Shown: positions 11,827 through 25,200 of the stretch, piece by piece
How the letters are laid out: each line of letters begins with the position of its first letter
Numbering within the stretch: position 1 is the first letter of the stretch
DNA from: Octopus sinensis
Taxonomy: Eukaryota
Assembly: GCF_006345805.1 (NCBI RefSeq)
Contig: NC_043001.1
Span: forward strand, 34,534,001-34,598,000
Direction: 5' to 3'
Length of the DNA: 64,000 bases
Notes under the pieces: generated by a model
The model's input: only the letters and a program-made list of their open reading frames with translations
Told to the model about the DNA's origin: nothing
Database searches by the model: none
Translations under genes and position numbers: made by a program

Positions 11827-12521
11827 TGTGTGTGTCCACGTGCATGTGTGAAAGAGTGAGCTTGGTAGGAAAATGGAAAAACGAGGATGATTACATACGC
11901 AAACATACACAAACACATATATTTATATACACACATGTACACACATGTACACGGATACATACACAAACTCACACATTTGTCTATGTAGCTATATGTTTAC
12001 ATATCTGTATATATATATTCTTGTATATATATATATATATTTATATATATATAATATATATCAATATACATACTTGTATATATATATACATACATATGTA
12101 TGTGTGTATATATATATATATGACTCTGTGTGTGTATGTAAACACATACTTAAACGTACTTATATGTACACGCATACGCATATACAACACACACATGTAT
12201 GCATAAGTTTATATGTAGATACTTATACATACATGCATGTGTGCGTAAGTACGCAGTGTGTTGAGGAGAAGAGATTGTGGGAAGCGAGAAAGGGAGAACG
12301 AGTAGGAGAAGGGGAGAAGGAGAGAGAGAGAAAGCTGGGAGAGAAAATGGAAGCAAATTGCATAGAGAGAAGTTAAATTTTTCCTCCATGTCCCAGAGTG
12401 GGTTCGTTCTGTTACGGATCAGCAACTAATAGAATAGATTACCTCAGCTACTTCACACTGCTGTCACACTGTCCAAGTGACATGTCACACAAAAGCCAGT
12501 GACGCATGGAAAAAGTGGGAA

Positions 12522-12590
<69 letters not shown>

Positions 12591-12604
12591 TAGTAGTAGT
12601 AGTG

Positions 12605-12655
<51 letters not shown>
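12522..12655. repeat. (TAG)n trinucleotide microsatellite
   Basis: Seen directly; source of the poly-S/V/L/Y ORFs. Confidence 0.95.
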
Positions 12656-12812
12656 ATTGTGATGGCGGTGGTGGCGGCTTGTTATTCCAAATGTGATTTT
12701 CTCTATTTTTTGTTTTGTTTTTGTCATTAGCAACGGAAGAGTGCCACGTCATCATAGATGCTTTTCGTTTCTGTCACCCATTTATTTCTTATCCTATACA
12801 CTCACGTACATG

Positions 12813-12864
<52 letters not shown>

Positions 12865-13210
12865 ACACACACACACACATACACATACGTACACATACAC
12901 GCATACAGATACATACAAACACTCAAGCGCACCCACAGTTCTGTACGAAAGTGTGCACATATACACACAAATGCACGCATAATAGCACATGCGTGTGAAT
13001 GATAGCTTCAGTGTGACGGACACACAAGAAATAGAAGAAAAAAAACCACCCCAAAATACTTAGAAATTATCTCTCTTCCATATCTAAGATAGCTGAAGAG
13101 TAGTTTTTATTAGATTCAATAACTTCGTTCGTTGTCATATATATAAGAATAAGAAGCATTACCAATATCGCACCGGCCCAAGAAAAGCTGTAATGAATGC
13201 CTGTACACGC

Positions 13211-13302
<92 letters not shown>

Positions 13303-13321
13303 GTCTATCTATCTATCTATC

Positions 13322-13556
13322 TTAATTCTTTATTGCCCACAAGAGGCTAAATATAGAGGGGACAAACAAGGACAGACAAACGGATTAAGTCGATTACATC
13401 GACCCACAGTGTGCAACTGGTACTTAATTTATAGAACCCGAAAGAATTAAAGGCAAAGTCGACCATGGCGGAATTTGAACTCAGGGCGTAATGGCAGACG
13501 AAATACGGCTACGCATTTCGCCTGGCGAACTAACGTATCTGCCAGCTCGCCGCCTT
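13322..13556 (-). mobile_element. SINE family A, full length, inside a (CTAT)n tract
   Basis: Full reverse complement from head (aaggcggcgagctggcag) to tail (gtgggcaataaagaa); (CTAT)n at 13211-13320 and 13557-13634. Confidence 0.9.
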
Positions 13557-13557
13557 A

Positions 13558-13634
<77 letters not shown>

Positions 13635-13635
<1 letters not shown>

Positions 13636-14074
13636 GCAAGGATGGCACGTATGAATGACGAAGCCACCTTGAGCATAATCCTATGAACCCAGAAATTGAA
13701 AACAGAGGGTTACCCACTTACAAACAAATGTGGTAACATATAACAATATTGACCGAGGTTACCGTGGTCTTTTTCGTAGGCATTTTTCCCACGGACAAAC
13801 CTTATCTGCTTCCCCCTTTACACCGTACATCATGACACTGTGATACACGATCCCTACTGATAGTTTTTTTCTTTTCCTCTTCCCCTTTTTTCCTCTTTTT
13901 TCTTTTTTCTTTTCTTTTGATTGTTTTCCTTTTTTTCCCCTTTTTTCTTTTTTCCCTTTTACGATCCCTTTTGATCGAAAACCTACGCCTCTTTTTTTTT
14001 TCATCCCCCAAAAGAAAAGCTCTACCTTGTAATTAGTCCCATCTGTGTGCAGCCCTGTGTGGCCAATAAAGAAA
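13635..14074 (+). mobile_element. 5'-truncated 3' end of an L1/Tx1-like LINE (last codons plus 3' UTR)
   Basis: ARMARMNDEATLSIIL* and the UTR gttaccgtggtcttttt.gtaggc...cacggacaaacctt match the end of the LINE at about 54260-54500; ends aataaagaaa followed by ctatctat. Confidence 0.75.
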
Positions 14075-14089
14075 CCTATCTATCTATAT

Positions 14090-14453
14090 TCTTTTACTCT
14101 TATACCTGTTTCAGTCATTTGACTGCGGCCGTGCTGGAGTACCGCTTTTAGTCGAACAAATTGACCCCAGGACTTATTCCTTGTAAGCCTAGTACTTATT
14201 CTATCGGAGTCTTTTTTGGCAAAGCGCTATGTTACGGAACGTAAACACACCTATAAAAGCATCTATATATATATATATATATATATAACTTATCACGGAC
14301 GGCTTTCTTTCAGTTTCCGCCTACCAAATCCACTTACAAGGCTTTGGTCGGCCCGTGGTTATAGCAGAATACCCTTGCCCAGCTGCCACGCAGTGGGACT
14401 GAATCCGGATCCATGTGATTGGGAAGCAAGCTTTTTACCACAGAGCCAAGCCT
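14090..14453 (-). mobile_element. SINE family B, near full length
   Basis: Reverse complement of tail (tttcagtcatttgactgcggcc) through tRNA-like head (cacgcagtgggactgaa...ttaccacagagcca). Confidence 0.85.
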
Positions 14454-14498
14454 ATATGTATGTAGTGCATATATATATATATATATCTATATATATAT

Positions 14499-14555
<57 letters not shown>

Positions 14556-15047
14556 TATATATATATGCACTTATAAAAAGCAGAAAGAACCAGTATATTC
14601 CACTTGAGTAGAGTATTCAAATCCATCCTCCTACCATAAAGCAGCAATCTCACTAAGGTGTTAATGTAATGGCTTCTCATTTAGCCACAAGGCCCGCAAT
14701 TAGAAGGTGTGAGGTTTAGCCAGTACCGTCGACTTCAGTACTTGACAGATATTTCATTTTATTACACTTGAAAGGAAGACAGGGAAAGTTGAACTCGACG
14801 AGAACTGATCGAAACGAGGCCGCAAAGGATATTGTCAGACGCTCTAAGGGATATTGCCAATTCACCACCAACATATTCCCAGCACCAAATAAACGCAATT
14901 TACTCTGGATATCTAGATAAATTATTGGACTAAATTTTATGTAGTATCCATATGTAAACGAATTTAATACCATATAAGGTATTTCGGGCTAAATTGGAGG
15001 TTCAGTAGTCTGCAGAATGAAATCACATACAAAGTTTATGAACCAAC

Positions 15048-15279
15048 GGGCACGGCTGTGTGTAAAAAGATTGCTTTCCGACCACATGGTTCCGGGTTCA
15101 GTCCCACAGCGTGGCACCTTGAGCAAGTGTCTGCTACTGTAGCCTCGAGCCGATCAAAGTCTTGTGAGTGGATTTAGTAGACGGAAACTGAAAGCAGCCC
15201 GTCGTTTATATGTGTGTGTGTTTATGTATGTGTGAAAGAAGTCCGTTGTGTGTGTGTATATTTATATACATACAAATGT

Positions 15280-15310
<31 letters not shown>

Positions 15311-15508
15311 TATATGTTTATATATGTATATAACTTGACAACGGATGTTGGTGTATCTATGTCCCCGAAACTTAGTGGTTCGGCAAAGAGACCGATTGAA
15401 TAGGTACTAGGCTTACAAAGAACAAGTCCTGGGGTCAATTTCTTCGAGAAAAAGCGGTGCTCCAGCATGGTTGAAGTCAGATGACTGACACGTTTAAAAG
15501 AATAAGAG
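15048..15508 (+). mobile_element. SINE family B, full length with expanded internal microsatellite
   Basis: ggctgtgtgtaaaaagattgc...ccacatggttccgggttcagtccc...ggcaccttgagcaagtgtc...gcggtgctccagcatgg. Confidence 0.85.
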
Positions 15509-15554
15509 AACACACACACACGCGCACAAACATATAAATGAGCACCAAATTGTA

Positions 15555-15916
15555 CAGGTGTCAATTCATTACGGCCGTTTCAAGCGATACCTTTAATTGA
15601 TTAATGGAAACATTACGTCATTGGAAATACACCGTTTTCGTCAGATGACCGTTCAGACTTCAAGCAATTTTCTTAACATATTCACATCAATAATGGAATT
15701 CTTTTGTCATATCTGTAGCAGAATGTGTTTAAAAATACTGCATACCTCATCAAGTCTACTATAATTTAGAGAGTAGCAGAGGAAATAGTGGGAGGTGGGG
15801 TGGTCTGGATAAAAGGAGTGGTGACCTAGTTACCTACACTTTATGTAGAATTATGTAATGTTTTCAGTAATGAAGTAAAGGAGTCGCTTGAAACGGCCGT
15901 AATGAATTGATATATG
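15555..15916. mobile_element. Tc1/mariner-type MITE with about 60-bp TIRs and TA TSD
   Basis: ta|caggtgtcaattcattacggccgtttcaagcga... pairs with ...tcgcttgaaacggccgtaatgaattgatatatg|ta. Confidence 0.75.
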
Positions 15917-16597
15917 TACATGTCTGTTACTCATTTATATTTTATTCACCTAACTTTGAATCTACACTTCGGAAATACTATAAAAATACCTTTATAAAAA
16001 GTACATGTCTGAAATACCAAGAACAGATTTCTTCACTAAGCTGAGTTGCCTGTCTGCTCACACGGTAGGAATATTAGGTAGAGACACCCCTGCACAGAGT
16101 CTTGGTATTCAATATTCAATTAATATTGTTTGGGTGTGTGGATTATACTGACCTAGCAAGGTGCCTCAATTTAACTAGCTAATTCAACGAAATCTTAATT
16201 ATATTATATTATATTATATTATATTATATTATATTATATTATATTATATTATATTATATTACATTATATTATATATGTATATATATTAGAGGAAGGTATG
16301 AACACTGGGGGATATGATAACTTAAAATAATGGGCAAAGTACCCAGTTATTATAAGTTTGGTAAGTACCTGTAAGCACTATGCTTCGCAGAAGAATGCTG
16401 ACAATGTAAAAGACGCATCTGTACCTGACGTGTATCATACACGCTTCTCGCTGCATGCCTGCGCTTAATTAGTATAAATTTAAAATTCGCAGTTGTCACT
16501 CTTGGCTGTGTTATAATTAATCATTAAAGTTATTATCAAATTACAGTAGAACGCCATTTATACTCGCACATTTTTTCACCAAAACCAACATATTAAA

Positions 16598-16818
16598 CAA
16601 GGCGGTGAGCAGATAAAATCGTTAGCACACCGGGCAAAATGCTTATCGGCATCTCGCCTGTTTTTACATTCTGAGTTCGAATCCTGCTGAGGTCGTCTTT
16701 ACTTTTCTCCCTTTCGGAGTCAACGAAATAAGTTCCAGTTGAGCACTGCGGTAGATGCAATCAACTTAACATTCTCTTGAACTTGCTGGCCTTGTGACAA
16801 AATTCGAAACCGTTATTG
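16598..16818 (+). mobile_element. SINE family A (variant tail), diverged
   Basis: aaggcggtgagcagataaaatcgttagcacaccgggcaaaatgctt...ctttcggagtcaacgaaataagt...gctggccttgtg. Confidence 0.8.
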
Positions 16819-16892
16819 GGGATATTAATAGAATGCGTGTAGTAAAGAGAGTTCACCTGTAAAGGAAAAGTTTTTCCCTGCGCACAAATATT

Positions 16893-17106
16893 CTTTTCTA
16901 CTCTAGGCACAAGGCCCGAAACTTTTCGGGAGCGGGCCAGTCGATGAGAGCGCCCCCAGTATGCAACTGGTGCTTAATTTTATCGACCCCGAAAGATGAA
17001 AGGCAAAGTCGACCTACGTGAAATTTGAACTCAGAACGTAAAGACAGACGAAATTCCGCTAAGCACTTCGCCCGGCGTGCTAACGATTCCGCCAGCTTGC
17101 CGCCTT
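16893..17106 (-). mobile_element. SINE family A (variant tail)
   Basis: tcgaccccgaaagatgaaaggcaaagtcgacc...cccggcgtgctaacgattccgccagcttgccgcctt. Confidence 0.85.
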
Positions 17107-17174
17107 CCTACGCACGAATATTAAGAAAAAAATACAAATTATTACAGGAAAGCATTCAAAACTAATATAAAATA

Positions 17175-17545
17175 CAGTGATACCTCGCAGTACGAGTTTA
17201 ATTCGTTCCATGACCGAGCTCGTTTTACGATTTACTTGTTTTATGAATCGATTTTCCACATTGAAATTAACTAAAGTATTATTAATCCGTTCCAGCCTCC
17301 CAGAATCACTCAAAATTAATTTTTTATGTGTTTTAAAACAGAAAAGGGTGTACTTACAAGTAAAATGATAATTATAGAAAAGAGAATGCAAAAGAAATAT
17401 GTAAACTGGTTTTATTAACTGAATTACACTACATACTGAATTACATACTTGTGTGCTCATACTTCAAGACAAAAATTTGCACGAGTCTGGGCTCGTACAG
17501 CAAATTACTCGTACAATGGGGCATTCGTACTACGAAGTTCTACTC
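17175..17545. mobile_element. Degenerate pogo/Tigger-like MITE
   Basis: ta|cagtgatacctcgcagtacgag... versus ...ttcgtactacgaagttctactc|ta: imperfect TIRs with TA flanks. Confidence 0.45.
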
Positions 17546-17559
17546 TAATTGGTACATTG

Positions 17560-18300
17560 GATTAAAGTAGATTATTTGCTTTTGTCGGTGGCAGTTCTGC
17601 GTTACATATTGTATTGTAAGGGTTTTTAAAGAAAGCTTAAGATCTCAAAATCGAAATGTGCACTTACTAACCCAAGGGAGGTACACATGGTGGGACAATC
17701 GAGTAGTTAAAGGCATCGTATGTGCAATTTGTATTGAGAGAGGAATGTCCTAGCGATCAGAAGCTCCATCAATGTATTACGCGCAAGGGGTCGAACAAAT
17801 TATAACCCGGAAAAGCTGTTTCAATCGAATCATGGAAGCGGAATCTGCTGGATGGAGAGGATTCCCAGGAAAGCACAGTAGATAGTAAAAAAGGGAACAT
17901 TTATTCAGAAATCAAGAGTGGAACGCGATCGGATATTATACTCCACTCGCTTTCATCGAAACAATTTATTCTGATCGAATTCACTGTGCCAGATGAAACC
18001 AAAGTGAAAAAATATGTCAGTTTCGCCATCAGTTTAAGAGAATCTGGTTTCCATCCAACATCCATGCCATGGAGGTGACAGTGAAGGGGTTTGGATTAAA
18101 ATCTACGTACGATCTCATGAAGCGACTCTCAGTTTTGGGGAAAAAGAAGCACAGAACTATAATGCCAATAACAAGCACCTGAAAAGGGTTTTCACTGGAT
18201 CTAGTCAAGATGAAGGTATAATTTGTTCCTACGTACAATTGTGAAGCAATTGTACGAATTTGACCCCGAAGAAAGGTCTAGTTTAAAACACAAATGGTAG
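17560..18300 (+). pseudogene. Decayed C-terminus (restriction-like endonuclease) of a HERO/NeSL-type non-LTR retrotransposon
   Basis: LLTQGRYTWWDNRVVK (cf. QGRYTWRHN), RSDIILHS...FILIEFTVP (cf. RPDIV...IELTVP) and AMEVTVKG (cf. EVGxRG), in order. Confidence 0.7.
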
Positions 18301-18572
18301 AAAATGGGGTAGTAGAAGGCTATCCACAAGTCATGACTTCGATGCGACACGGTTCCCTTAGGTTTAAGGAGTTAAGAGACTAAATACTTAACTCCCCACA
18401 CTCCGCGAAATTGCTGGCTTTGTGCCGAAATTCCAAACCACTAGTAGGGATATGAATAGGATGCGTATAATAAATGTTCAATTGTAAATTTTTTTCCCTA
18501 CTCATTTATATTAAGAAAACAAACAAACAAAAAGAAACGTTCTAACATTGTTCTGTGAAGATCTGCTGTTTA

Positions 18573-19138
18573 TTGGGTTGTCCGGAAAGTTAGTGCCGAC
18601 TTTTAAAGGAAAGAAAAAGGTCAATAAATACTTGCCATTACATTTTTAATCAACCAAATATGAACCATTTTGTTGCACAATGTGTCTCCATCTTTCCTTT
18701 AACTTGAAAATACCCTCTTCCCAGAATTGAGGTGGTTTCATGGCAAAGAATTTATCAAGGTATCTTTTTACGTCATCCAAGGAAGTGAAATTTTTACTCT
18801 TAAGAATATTCTGCAGAGACCTGAATAAGTAGAAATCCGAAGGAGCAATATCTGGTGACTATGGAGGGTGAGGAAACACATCCCAGCCGAGCTGCAGCAA
18901 TTTTTGTCTGGTTCCCAAAGCATCAAGTGCCGAAAATGAGCTTTCTTATCGTCCATTTTAAAGGGTTACAGAATTAACACAGGTTATAGGAACATCAACT
19001 TTCTTCCACGAAAAAATAGCTTAAACTGTGCTCTAAATGGAGGTGTAGTCAAATCCTATTTTATGGACACAACCATGTTCTAAAATAAGTCGAAAGGTAA
19101 GCTACTATAAATCGGCACGAACTTTCCTGACAACCCAA
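18573..19138 (-). mobile_element. Internally deleted mariner element with TIRs and TA TSD
   Basis: ta|ttgggttgtccggaaagttagtgccga...tcggcacgaactttcctgacaacccaa|ta. The minus strand joins an N-terminus (MDDKKAHFRHLMLWE) to a C-terminal WDVFPHPP*SPDIAPSDFYLF mariner motif. Confidence 0.9.
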
Positions 19139-20260
19139 TAGATCTTCCTAAAGTTTCTTACTGCTATGGTAGACTGTTATGCATGGCTGTGTATTATACA
19201 TGTTAGTGCATAATACACGCACTTTTACTGTAATTAAAAAATCTTTTAGGCTTTGTACATTAAGCTATTGGCACCATCCGAACTAATCCTAGATAACCCG
19301 ATCAAAGTATTTCCTGATTGTTGAACAAACGTATTGACGACAATTCTCATTAAATTTAAAGTTTGCTGATAAGGAATGAGAAACAAATACATTAATGTCG
19401 ACAGTATTCTTGGCAAAGTGATAAAACAGCAAAAACAACCTCATTTGCAATAATTTCATCTTAAAACCCTTGGAACTCTTTAGATTGACTCTAAATTATT
19501 CAGCTGATAATTTAGAGATAATCTAATTTCCAGTTAATCTAATAATATAATTTTTCATCAATTCCCTTACACCATACAAACAAATATATGTACCTCAGTA
19601 AAGAGAAGTCTGCGCTAATACAATGCAGAAGACAAAATCTAATCAAGACTTTCCTTGCATTGAGGATATGTAAACATTGACAGGGAGGTCCAGCAACCCA
19701 TAAAAATCAAATAATCAGAAACAGGTTCGAAAAATCCCAAATATTAATTAATTAAAACTGGAAATAAACTTGCAATGATGAAAAACTGAAACCTCAGCAC
19801 TGGAATTGATGTTAAATTAATCTGATTTTAGCTAACACGGAGCAAACCTCGGACATGTTTATCAAAGACACTCCCAGCAAAAGTTCGTCTTTAATGTAGG
19901 AGCCACAACCGTATTAATAATGGAATCACAGTGATGCACTGGAAGATGGCGTGTCGTTGTAGGAAAATGAGTGAAGAAAATTATTTTGGGACTTCTATCT
20001 GTCTGCCTGACTGCCTGCTGCCTTTCTGCCTATTTGTCTGTCATTATGCCTGCCTCTCTGTCTGTTTGTCCCTTTATCTGTTTGTCTGCCTGCTTGCCTG
20101 CCTGATTGTCTGTTTTAAGTCAGTCTTTTAATCTACCTACCTACCCACCTATTTATCTTAAACTATCACCAACTCAATCTCGGTTCTTCCAATGGGTTTT
20201 CTACAGTCTGCATGTACTAAATTTCACTTACAACATCTGTTTAATCAGGCCTAGATATTT

Positions 20261-20426
20261 ATTTCTTTATTGCCCACAGGTGGCTAGACATAGAGAGAAC
20301 AAACAAGGACAGATAAGGCTATTAAGTCGATTACATCGAGCCCAGTGATTAACTGGTATTTATTTAATCGACCTCGAAAGGATGAATGGCAAAGTCGACT
20401 TCGGGGGAATTTGAACTCAGAACGTA
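20261..20426 (-). mobile_element. SINE family A, 5'-truncated
   Basis: tttctttattgcccacagg...gaaaggatgaatggcaaagtcgacttcgggggaatttgaactcagaacgta. Confidence 0.8.
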
Positions 20427-20874
20427 GGTAAAACGCAGGAAGAATGATGCCGAAACCAGATAGTTTAGGTGCAAATTTCTTAACTATACCATCACGAGAG
20501 CATCTGCGCCCATAGGTGTAAGGGGTTATTTCGTTTTTTCTTTTTCTCTCTCTCGTCTAGGGTTTTCATACTTCCACATTCATTGTCTTCGTACAATTTA
20601 CAAGTATACTCACATAGCGTTGCTGACATATTTCTATTTCGAAGAGCAAATTTATTTTGAGAATAATTTTGCATTCTTGGAGTCCATTTCACAGAAGACT
20701 CTAGTAAAGATTGAATGAAAAACTATTAGAAAACAATCTCGGAGATTTTCAGGCATAATATATCTAGCACTACATTCTCTGTTTCTTAGTGTTTGAGAAG
20801 GACTATGCAAATTTTGCTGCTATAGGCTATTACATTGTACAACATAAAGAATTCTACGAAAAATGTACTCTTAT

Positions 20875-20908
<34 letters not shown>

Positions 20909-20909
<1 letters not shown>

Positions 20910-21230
20910 CATCATCATCATCATCATCATCACGTGACCGACCAGACCATCAGATGTGTTACACATCGCTGGTCACAATGCGTTCGCATTGTTTTAGCCT
21001 TCGAATGACGCTACCCCGCTGGCTAAGCGAGCAGGCCAACAGAAGAATGAGTGAAAGAAAGAGTGGTGAAAGAGTACAGCAGGGATCAACCCCCACTGCC
21101 GGAGCCTCGTGGAGCTTTTTTTAAAGTGTTTTCGCTCAATAAACACTCACAACGCCCGGTCTGGGAATCGAAACCACGATCCTACGACCGCAAGTCCACT
21201 GCCCTAACCACTGGGCAATTGCGCCTCCAC
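20909..21230 (-). mobile_element. tRNA-derived SINE family C with (TGA)n tail
   Basis: Minus-strand head gtggaggcgcaattgcccagtggttagggcag...ggtttcgattccc (A/B-box-like), body, and a tail ending in (tga)n. Confidence 0.8.
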
Positions 21231-21351
21231 ATATATATATATATATACGTCAAACCATCTGCCATAGTTACCCGTGTTGTTACACATACACACACACATA
21301 CATGTACGTTCACGCGCATGGGCTCTAGGAATGTCATGAGTATACGCTCTC

Positions 21352-21780
21352 ACATCACCATCATCATGATTTAACGTCCGTTTTTTATCTGCTGGTATGG
21401 GTTTGACTGGAACTGACCAGCTGAAGAGCTACCCAGGCTCCATTTGTCTATTTTGGCATGGTTTCTACAACTGGGATGCCCTGCCTAACGCCAACCACTT
21501 TACAGAGCGCACAGGGTGCTTTTACGCAGCAATGGCACGAATGCATTTATATTGAACCTGTATGGGTGCTCTTTACGTGGCAACAGCAACAACGAAGCCG
21601 CAAAATGAAAAATGCTCAGCTGGAGATGGATGCAAGGAACAAGCCTGTATGCAAGGATAACAAAGCTTCCACTTAGTTTTACGTGTATTTTCAAGTACAG
21701 CAAACCGTCAACAGTCCAGGTCCTCTGTCATCCCCTCTGTGAGTTCCAAAGTCTGTAAATCCTTTTTCAGCACTTATATA
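21352..21780 (-). mobile_element. Retroposon remnant with RTE-like (TGA)n tail (family D)
   Basis: catcatcatgatttaacgtccg...ggatgccctgcctaacgccaacc, a motif typical of RTE-mobilised repeats. Confidence 0.5.
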
Positions 21781-22358
21781 TTTAGCTGAAGGATTAAAAT
21801 TAATCAAAGGATATACTATGTATGTCTACCTGCAGGAAATAACAGTCAAAACTCTTATTCAAATCGCCAGAATTACACTGATAATAACTACAGAAATCAA
21901 CCGTCCGAAGGCAACCGGGCTGACAGCTTCTCAGCATACATTCAGATATTCGGAATCACGTGGACCGGTTTCTGGACTAGTATGATAGCCTCACCTTCCT
22001 CAGCACGCGTTACTATGATGGATAGCCTCAACTGCATCTGATTTGTTTTGCGCCGAATCATGGCAGCCACCAGTGTGAAAATAATTTCAATACGGAGCAA
22101 ATAATTGTGGAGGAAATATTTGCGAAGATATTATTGACTCTTGTTATTATCTACTGAAACAATTAAAAATGATAGTAACAGAATCAATAGTATAGACGAT
22201 TGCAGGCCGAAAAGAACTTTAAATAGCTGAAAGATTAAAATTAATCAAAGGACATACTAAGTAATATCGTCACGAATATTTCCTCCTGAATTATTTGCTC
22301 CGTATTGAACTACATACATACATATATACATACATACATACATACATACATACATACA

Positions 22359-22390
<32 letters not shown>

Positions 22391-22520
22391 CATACATACG
22401 TACATGCATGCATGCATGCATACATACATGCATGCATACATGCATGCATACATACATACATACATGCATACATACATACATACATACATACATACATACA
22501 TACACACATACACATATATA

Positions 22521-22846
22521 TAGGCGTAGGAGAGGCTGTGTGGTAAGGAGAGGCTATGAGTGGATTTGGTAGACCGAAACTGAAAGAAGCACGTCGTATA
22601 TATGTATATATGTATACGTATGTATATGTATATGCATGTGTGTCTGTGTTTGTCCCTCCCCCAACATCGCTTGACAACCGATGCTGCTGTGTTTACGTCC
22701 ACGTAACTTAGCGGTTCGGCAAAAAAAGTGATAGAATAAGTACTAGGCTTACAAATAACAAGTCCTGGGGGTGGTTTGCTCGATTAAAGGCGGTGATCCA
22801 GCATGGCCACAGTCAAATTGCTGAAACAAGTAAAAGAATAAAAGAA
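22521..22846 (+). mobile_element. SINE family B with internal deletion, following a (TACA)n tract at 22311-22510
   Basis: aggcgtaggagaggctgtgtggtaag...gtggatttggtagacc...catggccacagtcaaattgctgaaacaagtaaaaga. Confidence 0.85.
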
Positions 22847-23721
22847 AAAAAATAGAATATCTATACTCCTTTTTCTGCTTGTTAAACCTTATGTCCCTGC
22901 CGTAAGGATTTACTTCCACACACGCCAGATTAATTTGATTCGTCCTTAGTCAAAAGACAATTGTTGTTGTGTCCTGTTATTTGTAATTGTGTAACATTTC
23001 TGTTTTTTTTTTCATCCTTGTTTTCATATATATTCGCTGCTTTCTTCCAAGGATTGTAATGCTCTTAGCTTATTTTTCCTTGGTGCTGGGCAGATTGGAG
23101 CAATCTGTTGTATAACTATCCGAAATTTCAAAGATAATCTGAAACTCGACTGAGGATAGAAAATTCCGAATGATCCGTTCTTGTTTTCCTTGTATCGTCT
23201 GTCTGGATATTTTGTTTTCCCTTTTTTTGTTTCCCCTAACTGTCCGGATGTTTTCCGTTCTTGTCCCATTTTTGTATATATATATATTCACTAAAGCGCA
23301 TACAGATGCGTATAATTGCGTTACTTGTGAGGAAGCGAATGTGTTTTCATAAAACAATATGAAAAAGTGAAAATGTGAATATATTAAAATGAATCTGGTG
23401 TTCTGTCGGTTTTAGCAATGAATACACAAACTCTATTTGATAATTGGAAGGTACTATGCGTTGAATTAACAGGTAACGCCTGAATATTCCATACACATGT
23501 TTACTGAATATAACTGGCGAGAAGAATTACATGTACAATCTACCTGACAAGCTTCCGAACAGTCTCCTTATGTTCAATTTCCACCAGAAAGCTTAAGATT
23601 GTGCTGAAATGTACTTCAGCAATACGGTGCACAATGAGACCAAGCACGCAACCTCATTATTGCGAAGCTATTTTCTTAATCATGCAGCCATACTTATGCC
23701 TTATATTATTGACATATAATG

Positions 23722-24350
23722 AAGCAGCGAGCTGGCAGAATCGTTAGCAAGCCGCGGGAAATGCTTAGCGGTATTTCGTGTCATTACGTTCTGGGTTCAA
23801 ATTCCGCCGAGGTCGACTTTGCCTTTCATTCTTTCGGGGGTCGATAAATTTAGTACCAGTCGGCCTAATCGATTGGTCTCCTCCCCCCCCCCCCAAATTT
23901 CGGGCCTTGTGCCTAGAGCAGAAAAGAAAAGAAAATATTAGTGACATACAATGAGACGGTGAGTCGGCAGAATCGTTAGCACGCTGGGTAAAATGCTTAG
24001 CGGAATTTCACCCGTCTTTACGTTCTGCGTTCAAATTCCACCGTGCTCGAATTTGTAATTTATCCTTTCGCAAGCGATGAAATAAGTATCGACTTGCATC
24101 TCCACCCCAATTACTGGCCTTGTGCCAAAATTTGAAACCAATATACTATCGGCATGCAATCAGATGACGGTAGGCACAATCGTGAAAATACTTAGTGGCA
24201 TTTCGTCTGTCTTTAAGTTCCGAGTTCAAATTCCTCTGAGGTCGACTTTGCAAATTATCTGTTTGAGGTCTTTGAAATATGTACTAGTTAATCACTGGGA
24301 TTACATTTTCCCCACGAAAATGCTGGTGTTGTGTTAAAACGTGAAACAAA
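23722..24350 (+). mobile_element. Three head-to-tail SINE family A copies of increasing divergence
   Basis: Heads at about 23722, 23953 and 24165 (gagctggcagaatcgttagc-like), each followed by the ttcaaattcc core. Confidence 0.8.
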
Positions 24351-24639
24351 TATATTATTGATTTACAAATAGACATACTGTAATAAAAAGAAAGAAAATT
24401 ATATGCATACATGCAAAAATAATCATGTTAAAAACAGCGAGCGGCATTATACGCTCGAAAATATGCACCGACACATATATTACCCATCAATATTTTAAAG
24501 CGTAACTAAAGATATCTCTAATTCACACTGACATGGCATCTTCCTGCGTAATATGCAACATGCAGTACGCTCGGTGTTGCATTGAATTTTCCCTAATGAA
24601 AAATGATATCCTTCTTAATATACATGCACATACATATAC

Positions 24640-24644
24640 ATAAA

Positions 24645-24680
<36 letters not shown>

Positions 24681-24758
24681 TATACAAATTTGTGTATATA
24701 TACAGACACACACATATATATATATATGTATATATATTATATATTTATATAGATACAC

Positions 24759-24802
<44 letters not shown>

Positions 24803-25002
24803 ACATATATAGAGGTATATGTATATATATATACATATATATATATACATATATACATATATATATATACATACATACATACATATATATATACATATAT
24901 ATACATACAATATATATACATACACATACATACATACATATATATACACATACATACTACATACATATATATACATATATATATATATATACTATATATA
25001 TA

Positions 25003-25034
<32 letters not shown>

Positions 25035-25051
25035 ACCCCATATATACATAC

Positions 25052-25084
<33 letters not shown>

Positions 25085-25097
25085 CATACCATACATC

Positions 25098-25170
<73 letters not shown>

Positions 25171-25200
25171 TATATTATATATAATATATATATATATATA
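24640..25200. repeat. Long compound (TA)n/(TACA)n microsatellite
   Basis: Seen directly. Confidence 0.95.

Noticed and set aside
21130-21230. Possible tRNA genes (also the heads of SINE A, B and E)
   Set aside because: The A/B-box-like heads run into SINE bodies and lack a complete cloverleaf with an acceptor stem.
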